Source of the DNA: a virus | Virus record (IMG/VR): IMGVR_UViG_3300022927_001696 | Location: 1 to 64,000 of that record | Reading direction: 5' to 3' (one strand) | Length of the DNA: 64,000 nucleotides | Shown: positions 47,987 to 57,416 of the stretch, in pieces | How the letters are laid out: each line of letters starts with the position of its first letter | How positions within the stretch are numbered: the first letter of the stretch is position 1 | Made by a program: the position numbers and the translations under genes | Notes under the pieces: generated by a model | What the model saw: only the letters and a program-made list of their open reading frames with translations | What the model was told of the DNA's origin: nothing | The model's database searches: none

Positions 47987-48625
47987 ATGGAACACAAGAT
48001 GAAAGAAAATAACGAACAAAACGTAGATACAAGCCATACTATAGATAATGCCGGTATCAACGTAAGTGGTCACATCTTAATCAGAGACAAAGACACAGGC
48101 GAAGAATTAATAAACAAGAGAAATGCTATCCATTATGGAAATATGGCATTTATTGTAGCACAGGCATTAAATGGGTTTAATACAGAAAATGCATTTATAG
48201 ATAGAATTGCATTTGGTAATGGTGCTACTAGTGTTGATACCTCTGGTAAAGTAATTTATAAGTCACCTAAGGTAAGTGAATCGTATGAGAATTCTGCTTC
48301 ATTATATAGTAGAACATACTCTAAAAGATTAAATCCTGCGACTTCGGATACATTCATAGAAACTATTAGTGGTGCAAGTTATACTGATATAAAGATAAGT
48401 TGTACACTTGGTTATAATGAACCCAGTGATGCAGAAAATTTTGATTCTTCAGCAAATAATGAAGGTGACTATGTGTTTGACGAACTTGGTCTATTTACAT
48501 TTCCAACAGATGGTTCTGATATAGATACTAGTACCATGCTTACACATGTAATCTTTCATCCAGTGCAAAAGAGTCAAAATAGAAAAATCGAAGTTGTATA
48601 TACAGTAAGAGTACAACTGAGCTAA
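47987..48625 (+). CDS. Virion structural / baseplate protein
   Basis: GHILIRD...NAIH, FGNG, YVFDELGL, LTHVIFHPVQKS motifs; start could be 47987 or 47999. Confidence 0.65.
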   Translation: MEHKMKENNEQNVDTSHTIDNAGINVSGHILIRDKDTGEELINKRNAIHYGNMAFIVAQALNGFNTENAFIDRIAFGNGATSVDTSGKVIYKSPKVSESYENSASLYSRTYSKRLNPATSDTFIETISGASYTDIKISCTLGYNEPSDAENFDSSANNEGDYVFDELGLFTFPTDGSDIDTSTMLTHVIFHPVQKSQNRKIEVVYTVRVQLS

Positions 48626-48636
48626 TGGGGTAAACG

Positions 48637-50622
48637 ATGGCATATACAATTACAAATTCAGATAGTAGTGTTACAATAACAGTTCAGGACACAACTGTCG
48701 ATACAACCTATGCCTTAAAATTAATAGGTAGAAATGTATCAGGATACGGTCAGTACTTTGTAGAGAATACAGTACGACAATTAGAAAATTTTGCAAGTAC
48801 AGTTCAACCATCCGGTATAAAATTAGAAGGACAAATTTGGTACGACAAGGGTGAAAAAATTCTAAAAGTTTGGACTGGAACTAACTGGAAAAGAGCAACA
48901 AATATTGTAATTGGTACATCTGAACCTACAAATTCTGTAGCAGGTGACGCCTGGTATAGAACAGATAACAAAAAATTATATATTTACGATGGTTCAAATT
49001 TTGCTTTATCAGGTTATGCAGGTGAAATATCAGATGCATATAAAAACGATTCCACAGTAGGAAATCCAAATAATTACGGTACAAAATTAAGAAACATCTA
49101 TCTAACAGATAGTACAGGTAAAGCGAAACCAGTCTTAGCATTAACAATGGTTAACGATGGTTCTTTAAATGCTGGTACAACTGTAACGCCAGATGGTAAA
49201 GAAACTATAATGGCAATATTCAGTGATCATCCGGAGTTTACTGCTAAAAACGATAACAGTATTTCAGAAGGGTCACAAATAAATTATTACAATGAGTTAG
49301 TAAATTCAAGTGGTATAGGTACTACTATTAAACCAGGTCTTAATTTAAGAAGTGAGTATGCAGATACGGCTGTTGCACTTTCAGAAAGAGCATACAGATC
49401 AGATGCTTCATATAAATTAAATCTGGGAACACCTGGTACAGATGCAGGTAATATTGATGCAAGTTGGGTAGCATACAACAGAGTTGACTTTATACCTAAT
49501 ACAACAAACAGCATTCAATTAGGTAACGATCAAAAACATTTTGCAGGATTATACACAAATTTAATAAGAATAGGTGAAGGCGGAACAGCGGCCATAGAAG
49601 CAAATGGTACTATAAGTATTGGTAACAGCAGTAGCAGAGTAAATAAAATATGGTCACAAGATTTAGATGTTAGCGGAGATATAACATTTGGGTCAGGTGT
49701 GCAAAATATAGGTGCAAGTGGCACTCCAGTAGAGAATTTTTATACTGCGAATGCTGTAGTTAGTTCTTCTTTTACTGTTGGTAGCGGAGGTTCAGCATAT
49801 ACATTACCTTCATCAGACGGAACAACAGACTATGCTTTAATAACAAATGGTTCAGGCACAGTAAGTTTTGGACCAGTACCATTGACAACAACACAAATGA
49901 TTGCCGGTGCAGGTTTAACAGGTGGCGGTACTCTTGCAAGTGATAGAACATTTAATGTAGGCGCTGGTTCGTACATCACAGTAGCCGCAGATTCAGTAAG
50001 TGTTGACGGAACAGTACCAGCAACAGCAAGTAAAGTTGTTGTAAGGACAGGTTCAGGCGGAATTAATTCTGAAGGATTAGATGCAGGTGCTGGAACAATA
50101 GAAACAACAGGAACAGTAAGAGGTGGTACTGTAACGGACGGAACATTAAGTATTTCTTCTGGAAGTATTACATCAGGTGCAACTGCAACATTCTCAGGTA
50201 ATGTTGACGCCGCAAACTTTAACGGTGTAGCATCGTCGGCCAAATATGCTGACTTGGCTGAGATATATGAGGCAGATGCAGACTACGAGCCTGGTACAGT
50301 TGTTAAAATAGGCGGAGAAAAAGAAATTACACAAACATCAAGTCATGCAGATTTAGAAGTATTTGGTGTTATCAGTACAGATCCTGCATATTTAATGAAC
50401 AGTGATGCAAGTGGATTACCAGTAGCATTACAGGGTAGAGTACCAGTTAAAGTTGTAGGTAAAATTAAGAAAGGCGAAAGATTAGTAGCAAGTGACGAAC
50501 CAGGATATGCTTGGGGACTAGGATCAGACGAGTATGACCCAAGATCAATTATTGGTAGAGCATTACAAGATAAAGAAGACGGCGGCTTGGGAATTATCGA
50601 AGCAGTCATAGGTATTAAATAG
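48637..50622 (+). CDS. Tail fibre protein with a C-terminal chaperone-like domain
   Basis: N-terminal LENFA...GQIWYD, AGAGLTGGG repeat, C-terminal YADLAE...GVISTDPAYLMN...ALQGRVPVKV. Confidence 0.8.
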   Translation: MAYTITNSDSSVTITVQDTTVDTTYALKLIGRNVSGYGQYFVENTVRQLENFASTVQPSGIKLEGQIWYDKGEKILKVWTGTNWKRATNIVIGTSEPTNSVAGDAWYRTDNKKLYIYDGSNFALSGYAGEISDAYKNDSTVGNPNNYGTKLRNIYLTDSTGKAKPVLALTMVNDGSLNAGTTVTPDGKETIMAIFSDHPEFTAKNDNSISEGSQINYYNELVNSSGIGTTIKPGLNLRSEYADTAVALSERAYRSDASYKLNLGTPGTDAGNIDASWVAYNRVDFIPNTTNSIQLGNDQKHFAGLYTNLIRIGEGGTAAIEANGTISIGNSSSRVNKIWSQDLDVSGDITFGSGVQNIGASGTPVENFYTANAVVSSSFTVGSGGSAYTLPSSDGTTDYALITNGSGTVSFGPVPLTTTQMIAGAGLTGGGTLASDRTFNVGAGSYITVAADSVSVDGTVPATASKVVVRTGSGGINSEGLDAGAGTIETTGTVRGGTVTDGTLSISSGSITSGATATFSGNVDAANFNGVASSAKYADLAEIYEADADYEPGTVVKIGGEKEITQTSSHADLEVFGVISTDPAYLMNSDASGLPVALQGRVPVKVVGKIKKGERLVASDEPGYAWGLGSDEYDPRSIIGRALQDKEDGGLGIIEAVIGIK

Positions 50623-50629
50623 ATAAATA
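50622..50629 (+). promoter_or_regulatory. Putative late promoter GATAAATA
   Basis: Followed by SD AGGAG and the ATG at 50653. Confidence 0.6.
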
Positions 50630-50652
50630 CACTATATATTTAGGAGATTTAG

Positions 50653-51690
50653 ATGGCATCAGGATCAACAGTTTCACTAACAGGCGGAACTAATATGACG
50701 CAAGTTGTATCAGGTGACGTTATAGACGACGCAGATTTCAATAATGCTAGAACCAATGTAAATAACATGCTAGGCAATGCTCAGGATGTAACATTAGGCA
50801 CATATACAGCATCATCAACATACGGTTACACCCAGGGTGGTGTAGGTGTAAATGCCGCTAGTGCAGGTGGATTGGTATACGCCGATAACGCCACAGGCGG
50901 TTTTAAAAGATTACAAGACGATGTACAGGCATTATGTGCATTCTTAGGCCAAACTGTTAGAAGTGGTGTTGGTAGTGATGTAACAAGTAGTACAACTATT
51001 ACAGCATCTACATGGTCTAATTTAATGTTAAACATCAAAGATTGTTGGGATAACAGATTTTCACCAGCAAGTAGAACTCTATCAACAATAGGCACAGTAA
51101 CTAGAACAAGTGCATGGAGTTCAACATTAACACAAGAAACAACATATACATTTGCTAATGAACAAACTGCTAGAGGTTATTTTAACGGTGGTGGAAGAAT
51201 TGGTTTCAGTTCAAGTAGATCAGGCGGTAGTTCAACAACTCAAAATACTGACTGGACAAACTTATTAAGTGCGATGGGTTTTGTGTATATTACACATAAT
51301 ACGGCAGGTGGTGCTTCAGGTACTAATGCAGGTAAAGGATTTTACGAGTTAACTACATCATATCAAACACTATGGACAAAATACGGTTCAGGTGCTTATG
51401 CAAGTAACTTCTTTAGAATGGACGGTAAAGTTAATTCAACAACTAACCCAACAGTTGTAACACTTAAAGCAACATATAGTGATCCATATACAGCGGCGGC
51501 GGCCGCGGCGGCAGATGGTGCTGTGGGTCCTGACGGTGTACCAAGTACAGGTGACGATGCTTCAGGATACACAGACAGCATTGACGGAACACTAACACTT
51601 AATGCTAGAGCACAGGTACCAGATGCTAACGGTTCAGGATTTAGTTTTTCTGCTCCAACAGACAGTATGGGTGCTATAAGCGGTTCATAA
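50653..51690 (+). CDS. Virion structural protein (Thr/Ser/Gly-rich)
   Basis: ARGYFNGGGRI, QNTDWTNLL motifs; late promoter upstream and terminator downstream. Confidence 0.65.
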   Translation: MASGSTVSLTGGTNMTQVVSGDVIDDADFNNARTNVNNMLGNAQDVTLGTYTASSTYGYTQGGVGVNAASAGGLVYADNATGGFKRLQDDVQALCAFLGQTVRSGVGSDVTSSTTITASTWSNLMLNIKDCWDNRFSPASRTLSTIGTVTRTSAWSSTLTQETTYTFANEQTARGYFNGGGRIGFSSSRSGGSSTTQNTDWTNLLSAMGFVYITHNTAGGASGTNAGKGFYELTTSYQTLWTKYGSGAYASNFFRMDGKVNSTTNPTVVTLKATYSDPYTAAAAAAADGAVGPDGVPSTGDDASGYTDSIDGTLTLNARAQVPDANGSGFSFSAPTDSMGAISGS

Positions 51691-51707
51691 AATTAACAAT
51701 ATACAAG

Positions 51708-51730
51708 AAAAGGGCTATTGCCCTTTTTTT
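51708..51730 (+). terminator. Rho-independent terminator ending the structural operon
   Basis: AAAAGGGC-TATT-GCCC-T7. Confidence 0.8.
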
Positions 51731-51746
51731 GTGACTAAATATTAGC

Positions 51747-52982
51747 ATGTTAAATTACAAAATTACAGAGTTCTATATAGAACACTTACAGGGAGTTTTG
51801 GACGACCTTGTGCGTAATAATTATAATGAAGGAATAATTGAATTTAAAAATAAAAAAGTATTAATTCTTTACTTGGAAGATCCTTTATTAGATAAAGCAT
51901 TACAAACTTTTAAATTAATAAAAAAACATGATAATCTAGACGGTATAATATTATTTAATCCTTCAGAAGTAATAGACTTTGAAATAATAAAAGTATTTTA
52001 TTTTTATTGTATAGATAATAAAATTAATCACATTGCTATACATGATCCTAGATTGAATGATGGTAATCAGATAAATTTTCCTTTTGCTGGAAGAAATGTA
52101 TCCATGCCCGTAATACCAACAACAGTCCTAGGACTAATAATCAATACTAATATAAATCCAGATGTTATAGAAAATTTAGATCTATCTAATACAGACTGGG
52201 AGGGCATTAACAAAAAATTACAGGAAAATAAATTAAGACATGATAGATATTACTATTATACAAAAGATAACTTCAAATCCGGTAGCGAAAGAAATGTTTT
52301 ATTCACTTGTTATAATAGGCAACCAAGAGTAAATAGAGTTTTATTAATAAATGAAATTTGCAAACAGGATTTGCATGAAAAAGGTGTTATAAGTTGTGGG
52401 TATCATGATGCAAAATTTAAATATTATAAAGATTTAGTAGAAGAAAAATATGTAGACTTATTCCCCATGCAATTAGAAGATAGTACGATATACACAAATC
52501 AAAGTATAAATGATGAAATATGTAACCAGTCTATAACTAATGAACAATTAAATTCTTTTATAAATGTTGTTTCAGAAAGTTCAAGTGATTGTAATATCTT
52601 ACCTTTAGATAAGGACAGTTGGACAGCACCTTTTTTTACTGAAAAAACTGCAAAAGCATTTATTTGTCATAATATTCCATTATTCTATGCAACAAGATTT
52701 TATGTAAAGAAATTAAGAGATTTAAATTTTGATGTTTTTGATGATTTTATAGATCACAGTTATGATACTGAAATAAACCCAATTAGAAGAGTGGAAAAAC
52801 TCACAAATGAATTAAAACGACTATGCTCTTTGCCTAAATCAGAACTCGTCGATATAGTAGACGGGTTAGAACACAGAATGAAAAGCAACATGTTAAATCT
52901 TATACATTATATGAATGATATAGATATAGACAAATCCAAAGAATTTTTAAAATTTTTTGAGGGCGTAGCAAAAAATAAATAG
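51747..52982 (+). CDS. Glycosyltransferase-like protein (GT-B / GT10-like C-terminus)
   Basis: YNRQPRVNR, FINVVSES...FFTEKTAKAF...FDVFDDFIDHSYD; TAAATA 5 nt upstream. Confidence 0.5.
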   Translation: MLNYKITEFYIEHLQGVLDDLVRNNYNEGIIEFKNKKVLILYLEDPLLDKALQTFKLIKKHDNLDGIILFNPSEVIDFEIIKVFYFYCIDNKINHIAIHDPRLNDGNQINFPFAGRNVSMPVIPTTVLGLIINTNINPDVIENLDLSNTDWEGINKKLQENKLRHDRYYYYTKDNFKSGSERNVLFTCYNRQPRVNRVLLINEICKQDLHEKGVISCGYHDAKFKYYKDLVEEKYVDLFPMQLEDSTIYTNQSINDEICNQSITNEQLNSFINVVSESSSDCNILPLDKDSWTAPFFTEKTAKAFICHNIPLFYATRFYVKKLRDLNFDVFDDFIDHSYDTEINPIRRVEKLTNELKRLCSLPKSELVDIVDGLEHRMKSNMLNLIHYMNDIDIDKSKEFLKFFEGVAKNK

Positions 52983-52986
52983 TTAT

Positions 52987-53616
52987 ATGGAACTATATTG
53001 GAAATTTGATATCCCTGCACAAAAATTGTCTGTAAATATAGATGACAATTTATCTTATCAGGCTCTTAAAGGCTGTCGTGAAGGAGTGATAAAAACTTAT
53101 AACAGTAAGGAATCATTTATTTCTTATGAAGATTGGCAAACAGAAAAAGAATGGCTTTCTAAAAATTATTCTCATATTGTAGGTGAACTAAAGGAGCCAA
53201 GTTTAGAGGAAATGAATTCATATAGAGAAAGAATTTCTCACATAACAGATGATCCAGGTGAGCCCTCTCACGGAATATCTTTAGACGGCTGGGCATATGA
53301 TCGAATGCAACGAAAATCTTTATGGTTGCAGAATGCTGAATGTTCTTTAATGGTAGAAATAGGCAGAATAGAAAATGTAGGTATTTTTGAAACACCAGAC
53401 GGAACAAATGTTTATAAAAGACCGTGGTGTGAATACGAAAATACATATTATAATACTATGCCCTGTTGTGTCTTTCCGGACAATCCTGGATGGCAAAAAT
53501 CCAGTATACAAGAATTAGAAAAATATGATTTAGATATTAATCATGACTGGGTTAAAAGTAATTTAAATAATGTACAAAAAGATTTATTGAATTCTTTATT
53601 TGTTTTACCAGCATAA
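52987..53616 (+). CDS. Hypothetical protein
   Basis: 209-aa ORF with TAAATA 5 nt upstream; no motif recognised. Confidence 0.6.
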   Translation: MELYWKFDIPAQKLSVNIDDNLSYQALKGCREGVIKTYNSKESFISYEDWQTEKEWLSKNYSHIVGELKEPSLEEMNSYRERISHITDDPGEPSHGISLDGWAYDRMQRKSLWLQNAECSLMVEIGRIENVGIFETPDGTNVYKRPWCEYENTYYNTMPCCVFPDNPGWQKSSIQELEKYDLDINHDWVKSNLNNVQKDLLNSLFVLPA

Positions 53617-53636
53617 CTTTGTAGGTAAATATAGAT

Positions 53637-53996
53637 ATGAGTACACATTTGAATAAAGCTCTTGAGTTTGCAAATTATCGAGTCACATTAAATAATCAGC
53701 ATTCGCAACTTAAAGCAAAAACACAAAGTTTGTTAAGTTATAGTATAAATGGCGGAACATTTACTATAGATATACCCCTTATCACATTTTGTAAACAACT
53801 ATTAGATGACAAATATACTGATGTCATACTTTTAGATATTTACAATAATCCCATAAAAATAGATGTTAAAACGTTTTATGATGAAATTCATAGTAGATAT
53901 TTTGAAGTAACAAACGATTACTATGCTGAATATGAAAAACTTCGCAAAGCAAGAAAAGTTCATAAGGTTTTAGGTCTAAATGAAAAAGGAGAATAG
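53637..53996 (+). CDS. Hypothetical protein leading the glycosyltransferase run
   Basis: KALEFANYRVTLNNQ...NGGTF...LLDIYNNPI; TAAATA 5 nt upstream; overlaps the next gene. Confidence 0.65.
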   Translation: MSTHLNKALEFANYRVTLNNQHSQLKAKTQSLLSYSINGGTFTIDIPLITFCKQLLDDKYTDVILLDIYNNPIKIDVKTFYDEIHSRYFEVTNDYYAEYEKLRKARKVHKVLGLNEKGE

Positions 53997-54879
53997 TAAA
54001 GGATTTTTAATGTTTGCTCATAATAATGAGGAAATAGACTATATGCAATTGGCTGTAATAAACTCTTTACTAATACAAAAGCATCTTAAAATAAAAAACA
54101 TCACAGTTGTTACTGATCCTCACAGTTTAAAACATGCCGAAAAAACATTAGGCAAAAAACTTATTAAAAAAGCAATTAATAATTTAGTTGTTGTAGAAAA
54201 AGATAAAAAATTTAAAGCAAAAAATATTAGACTGTATAAAGATACAAGTCATACTGCTAAATCCTTACCTTTTTATAATGTAAATAGATGTGACGCATAT
54301 GATATATCACCATATGACGAAACAATTCTTATTGATGTAGACTATCTTATATTAAGCGATGTTCTTAATCAATGTTGGGGACACAATAATGAGGTTATGA
54401 TGAATTGGAAATTTCAGGACATAATGTATGAAAGAAAAGATCCTACATTAAATAGACTATACGATATGGGTATAACCATGTATTGGGCCACAGTGGTTTA
54501 TTTTAGAAAAACAGATTATGTTAAGGATTTATTTGAGTGTGTAAAACATGTTAGAAATAATCAGCAATATTATAGAGATATTTATAAATGGCCCGGTAAT
54601 CTATATAGAAATGACTTCAGTTTTAGTATTGCCGCTCATATGATGTCTGGCTTTGTGGATAAAGGTATACCACAACTACCAACTACATTATATAAAAGTT
54701 TTGATACTGATAATATTCACAAAGCAGTAGATGATGAGACTATAATTATGCTTTTAGAAAAGCCAAAGAGCCCGGGAGATTTTATGTTGACCAGATGGAA
54801 AGGTCTGGATTTGCATATAATGAATAAATGGGCTATAAATAGAGCAAGTAAGGAATTGTTAAGTTATGTCAGTGACTAA
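53980..54879 (+). CDS. GT-A fold glycosyltransferase-like protein (GT8-like)
   Basis: SPYDETILIDVDY (DxD), YWATVVYF, RNDFSF; paralog of 55879-56742. Confidence 0.65.
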   Translation: MKKENSKGFLMFAHNNEEIDYMQLAVINSLLIQKHLKIKNITVVTDPHSLKHAEKTLGKKLIKKAINNLVVVEKDKKFKAKNIRLYKDTSHTAKSLPFYNVNRCDAYDISPYDETILIDVDYLILSDVLNQCWGHNNEVMMNWKFQDIMYERKDPTLNRLYDMGITMYWATVVYFRKTDYVKDLFECVKHVRNNQQYYRDIYKWPGNLYRNDFSFSIAAHMMSGFVDKGIPQLPTTLYKSFDTDNIHKAVDDETIIMLLEKPKSPGDFMLTRWKGLDLHIMNKWAINRASKELLSYVSD

Positions 54880-55051
54880 AATAAAATCTCCTTGTGTGGG
54901 CATTTGTAATTTAGATTTTTCTACACATACAGTTTGTCAAGGATGTGGGAGATCAGTAGATGATATAGCAAACTGGTCAGTATATACTGATGAAGAAAAA
55001 ATATCAGCAATAGAATCAGCAACAGAAAGAATGAAAGAAATAAATGGGTAA
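54866..55051 (+). CDS. DUF1289-like small Cys protein (predicted Fe-S binding)
   Basis: SPCVGICNLD...CQGCGRS...IANW pattern. Confidence 0.75.
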   Translation: MSVTKIKSPCVGICNLDFSTHTVCQGCGRSVDDIANWSVYTDEEKISAIESATERMKEING

Positions 55052-55223
55052 AAAAAGACAACCAGAAATAGGAGACAAAATAGAACATTTTTGTCGTTTG
55101 AACGGAGCATTTCAAGGTGAAGTAATAGAAATACTTGGTATGCAGTTTGTTTATAAAACAGGCGATGGTCTCGAAAGGCATTGTCTGTTTAGAGAACAAT
55201 GGAAATTTATAAATGAAAAATAG
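55044..55223 (+). CDS. Small hypothetical protein (59 aa)
   Basis: MGKKRQPEIGDKIEHFCRLNG...HCLFREQWKFINEK; overlaps both neighbours; below the track cutoff. Confidence 0.6.
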   Translation: MGKKRQPEIGDKIEHFCRLNGAFQGEVIEILGMQFVYKTGDGLERHCLFREQWKFINEK

Positions 55224-55659
55224 ATATTATATATTAGCCGGTGTACTGTACACATTGTTTATAGGCTTTACTGCGAGTGCAATCCAGTACAGACTTTCAA
55301 TGGAGGAAATTAAAGAACGGTATCAGACAGAATATTGTGAAGTTGTATATGAATACACAGGTGAAGTAGGCGGAGAAGATTGGGAAGAATTGATGACTCT
55401 TGCTATAGAAATGCAGGAAGAACGTGACGAGTTACAAGAAATAGTTGACGAAGGTATAGACAAGTACTACGAAGAAGAATTTGGCGAAAGCCGTAATCAA
55501 AGTGATGCTGATGCATACATAAGTTTATTTATGAATTTGACTGATCCTATTAATTGGGTATTCACATTGATAATTGCTACATTCATAGCAAGTTTTTATC
55601 TAGCATTTTATAGTTGTAAACTTGCTATAGAAAGACATTTTAGGAAAGAAGATGACTAA
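55213..55659 (+). CDS. Membrane protein with two hydrophobic segments
   Basis: Hydrophobic helices near both ends flanking an acidic loop. Confidence 0.6.
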   Translation: MKNRYYILAGVLYTLFIGFTASAIQYRLSMEEIKERYQTEYCEVVYEYTGEVGGEDWEELMTLAIEMQEERDELQEIVDEGIDKYYEEEFGESRNQSDADAYISLFMNLTDPINWVFTLIIATFIASFYLAFYSCKLAIERHFRKEDD

Positions 55660-55882
55660 GAAATATATACACGTTAATCAACACAAGATTAGAAGTAATT
55701 TAAAACACGGCACTAACGAGCCTGTGATTACAATTAAAGAAGGACGTAATAACACATACTGCCACGAAGTAGAAGTCAAAGGTCCCAGCAAAGTAATTTA
55801 CGGCGTAGACGGTGAAAAAATACTTGCCTGTGGTGCAAGAGTAGTAATAGAAACAGAGAGTGATATAGAAATAGTACGATGA
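55652..55882 (+). CDS. Hypothetical protein
   Basis: IHVNQHKIRSN...PVITIK...CGARVVIET; translationally coupled to its neighbours. Confidence 0.65.
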   Translation: MTKKYIHVNQHKIRSNLKHGTNEPVITIKEGRNNTYCHEVEVKGPSKVIYGVDGEKILACGARVVIETESDIEIVR

Positions 55883-56742
55883 GTAGAGGTTATATAGTAA
55901 TCGCACAGAATAACGAAACGACTGATTATTTAGAGCAGGCGTATGCACTCGCACTCAATTTAAAACTAACACAGACGGTTGTAAGCAATCTAACAGTATG
56001 TGTAGACACTGATACTAAGAAACTTTTAACGGCAAAACACAAAAAAGTCTTTGATAATATCGTAGATATTCCTTGGCAAGATGATGCCGCAGATGCAGAT
56101 TGGAAAATTAATAATAAATGGAAGTATTACTATATGACTCCGTACGATGAAACTGTAATACTAGACACAGATATGATATTCCCCACAGATGTAAGTTATT
56201 GGTGGGATATTATGTCACAACAGGACGTTTGGGCAACTACAAAAGTAAGAACTTATAGAGGAGAGGTTGTAACAAGTAATTTTTATAGAAAATATTTTGT
56301 AGCAAATAACCTACCTAATGTATATACAGCATTTTTTTACTTTAAAAAATCAGATCTAGCAAGTGAGTTATTTGCTATGATAGAAATAATTTTTCAACAC
56401 TGGCAACGTATGTTTTACAAATATATGCCTAAAGGAAAACCAGATTGGTTGAGCGGTGATGTTGCATTCGCTCTAGCGATGCAAATATTAGGTATAGAGG
56501 CAGAATGTACAAGAGAAAATATAGACGAAGTACCAACATTTATACATATGAAAAGTCATGTGCAAAATATACCTGATACAAGAATAAGCGAATTATGGAC
56601 TGAAACACTCCCTACTTATTATAACTCATATAAAAATTTTAAAATAGGTAACTTCCAGCAACAATATCCTTTTCATTATGTAGAAAAAAATTGGATGGAT
56701 AAAAATAAAATTAAACAAATGGAAAAAGAATTACTAGCATAG
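55879..56742 (+). CDS. GT-A fold glycosyltransferase-like protein (GT8-like)
   Basis: TPYDETVILDTDM (DxD), YTAFFYF, FIHMK, FHY motifs. Confidence 0.65.
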   Translation: MSRGYIVIAQNNETTDYLEQAYALALNLKLTQTVVSNLTVCVDTDTKKLLTAKHKKVFDNIVDIPWQDDAADADWKINNKWKYYYMTPYDETVILDTDMIFPTDVSYWWDIMSQQDVWATTKVRTYRGEVVTSNFYRKYFVANNLPNVYTAFFYFKKSDLASELFAMIEIIFQHWQRMFYKYMPKGKPDWLSGDVAFALAMQILGIEAECTRENIDEVPTFIHMKSHVQNIPDTRISELWTETLPTYYNSYKNFKIGNFQQQYPFHYVEKNWMDKNKIKQMEKELLA

Positions 56743-56750
56743 GAGAATTT

Positions 56751-57395
56751 ATGACAACATCATTAGCAGAAAAAAGACGTAAATTATTTTTGAAGGAAAA
56801 AGAAAAACATGAAGATGTAAATGCCCTTATAAGGAATAATATAGAAAAAGATGTAGATGTATATTTTAATGATAACGGAGATATTTTACAAATAGGCCAT
56901 GGTAAAAGAAGAAAAAACAAAAAAGAATTAAAAATTACAATGAAGAGAGAACAAGTAAATATCTTAGAGGGGAAAAATTGGAACCTATATAAAATAGAAA
57001 AAGACCCTATAGAAGATAATGTTTTTTCTATTCAACTAAGACCAACAGAAAATTTATTTGTTAAAAGTGAAGAAGAGTTTTTGCAAAAAATAGAAACTGG
57101 AAACAAAAGAGATTCAGAAATAATTATCACTATAAAAGAATACTATGTAAGAATTGAGATGTCTAAAAAGGCTAAAAATATTTTTAAAGGCAAAGAAAAC
57201 GTTTCCATAAAAGGTTCTAAAGTCTTAAAATTCTATTTTACAGCAGAAAATGATCCTCATTATATGATACATGGTATAAATGTTTTCTTAAAAGATTTAA
57301 TAAAAGAAGAAGCAGTAGAGGTTAAAACACCTTTGGATGTTACTCACTGTGATGTGTATACCTATAAATTATTTGATAAATATGTGCGTACTTAA
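56751..57395 (+). CDS. Hypothetical protein
   Basis: SD AGGAG; 214-aa ORF with FYFTAENDPH. Confidence 0.65.
   Translation: MTTSLAEKRRKLFLKEKEKHEDVNALIRNNIEKDVDVYFNDNGDILQIGHGKRRKNKKELKITMKREQVNILEGKNWNLYKIEKDPIEDNVFSIQLRPTENLFVKSEEEFLQKIETGNKRDSEIIITIKEYYVRIEMSKKAKNIFKGKENVSIKGSKVLKFYFTAENDPHYMIHGINVFLKDLIKEEAVEVKTPLDVTHCDVYTYKLFDKYVRT
57375..57382 (+). promoter_or_regulatory. Possible late promoter GATAAATA
   Basis: About 35 nt upstream of ATG 57417, inside the end of the preceding gene. Confidence 0.4.
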
Positions 57396-57416
57396 AAAAT
57401 ACACAGGACGACACAT

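Noticed and set aside
256-50609. Numerous short ORFs antisense to long genes (for example 256-561, 3791-4279, 9362-9718, 31156-31587, 49830-50243)
   Set aside because: Shadow frames of the real genes on the opposite strand; no recognisable motifs or translation signals.
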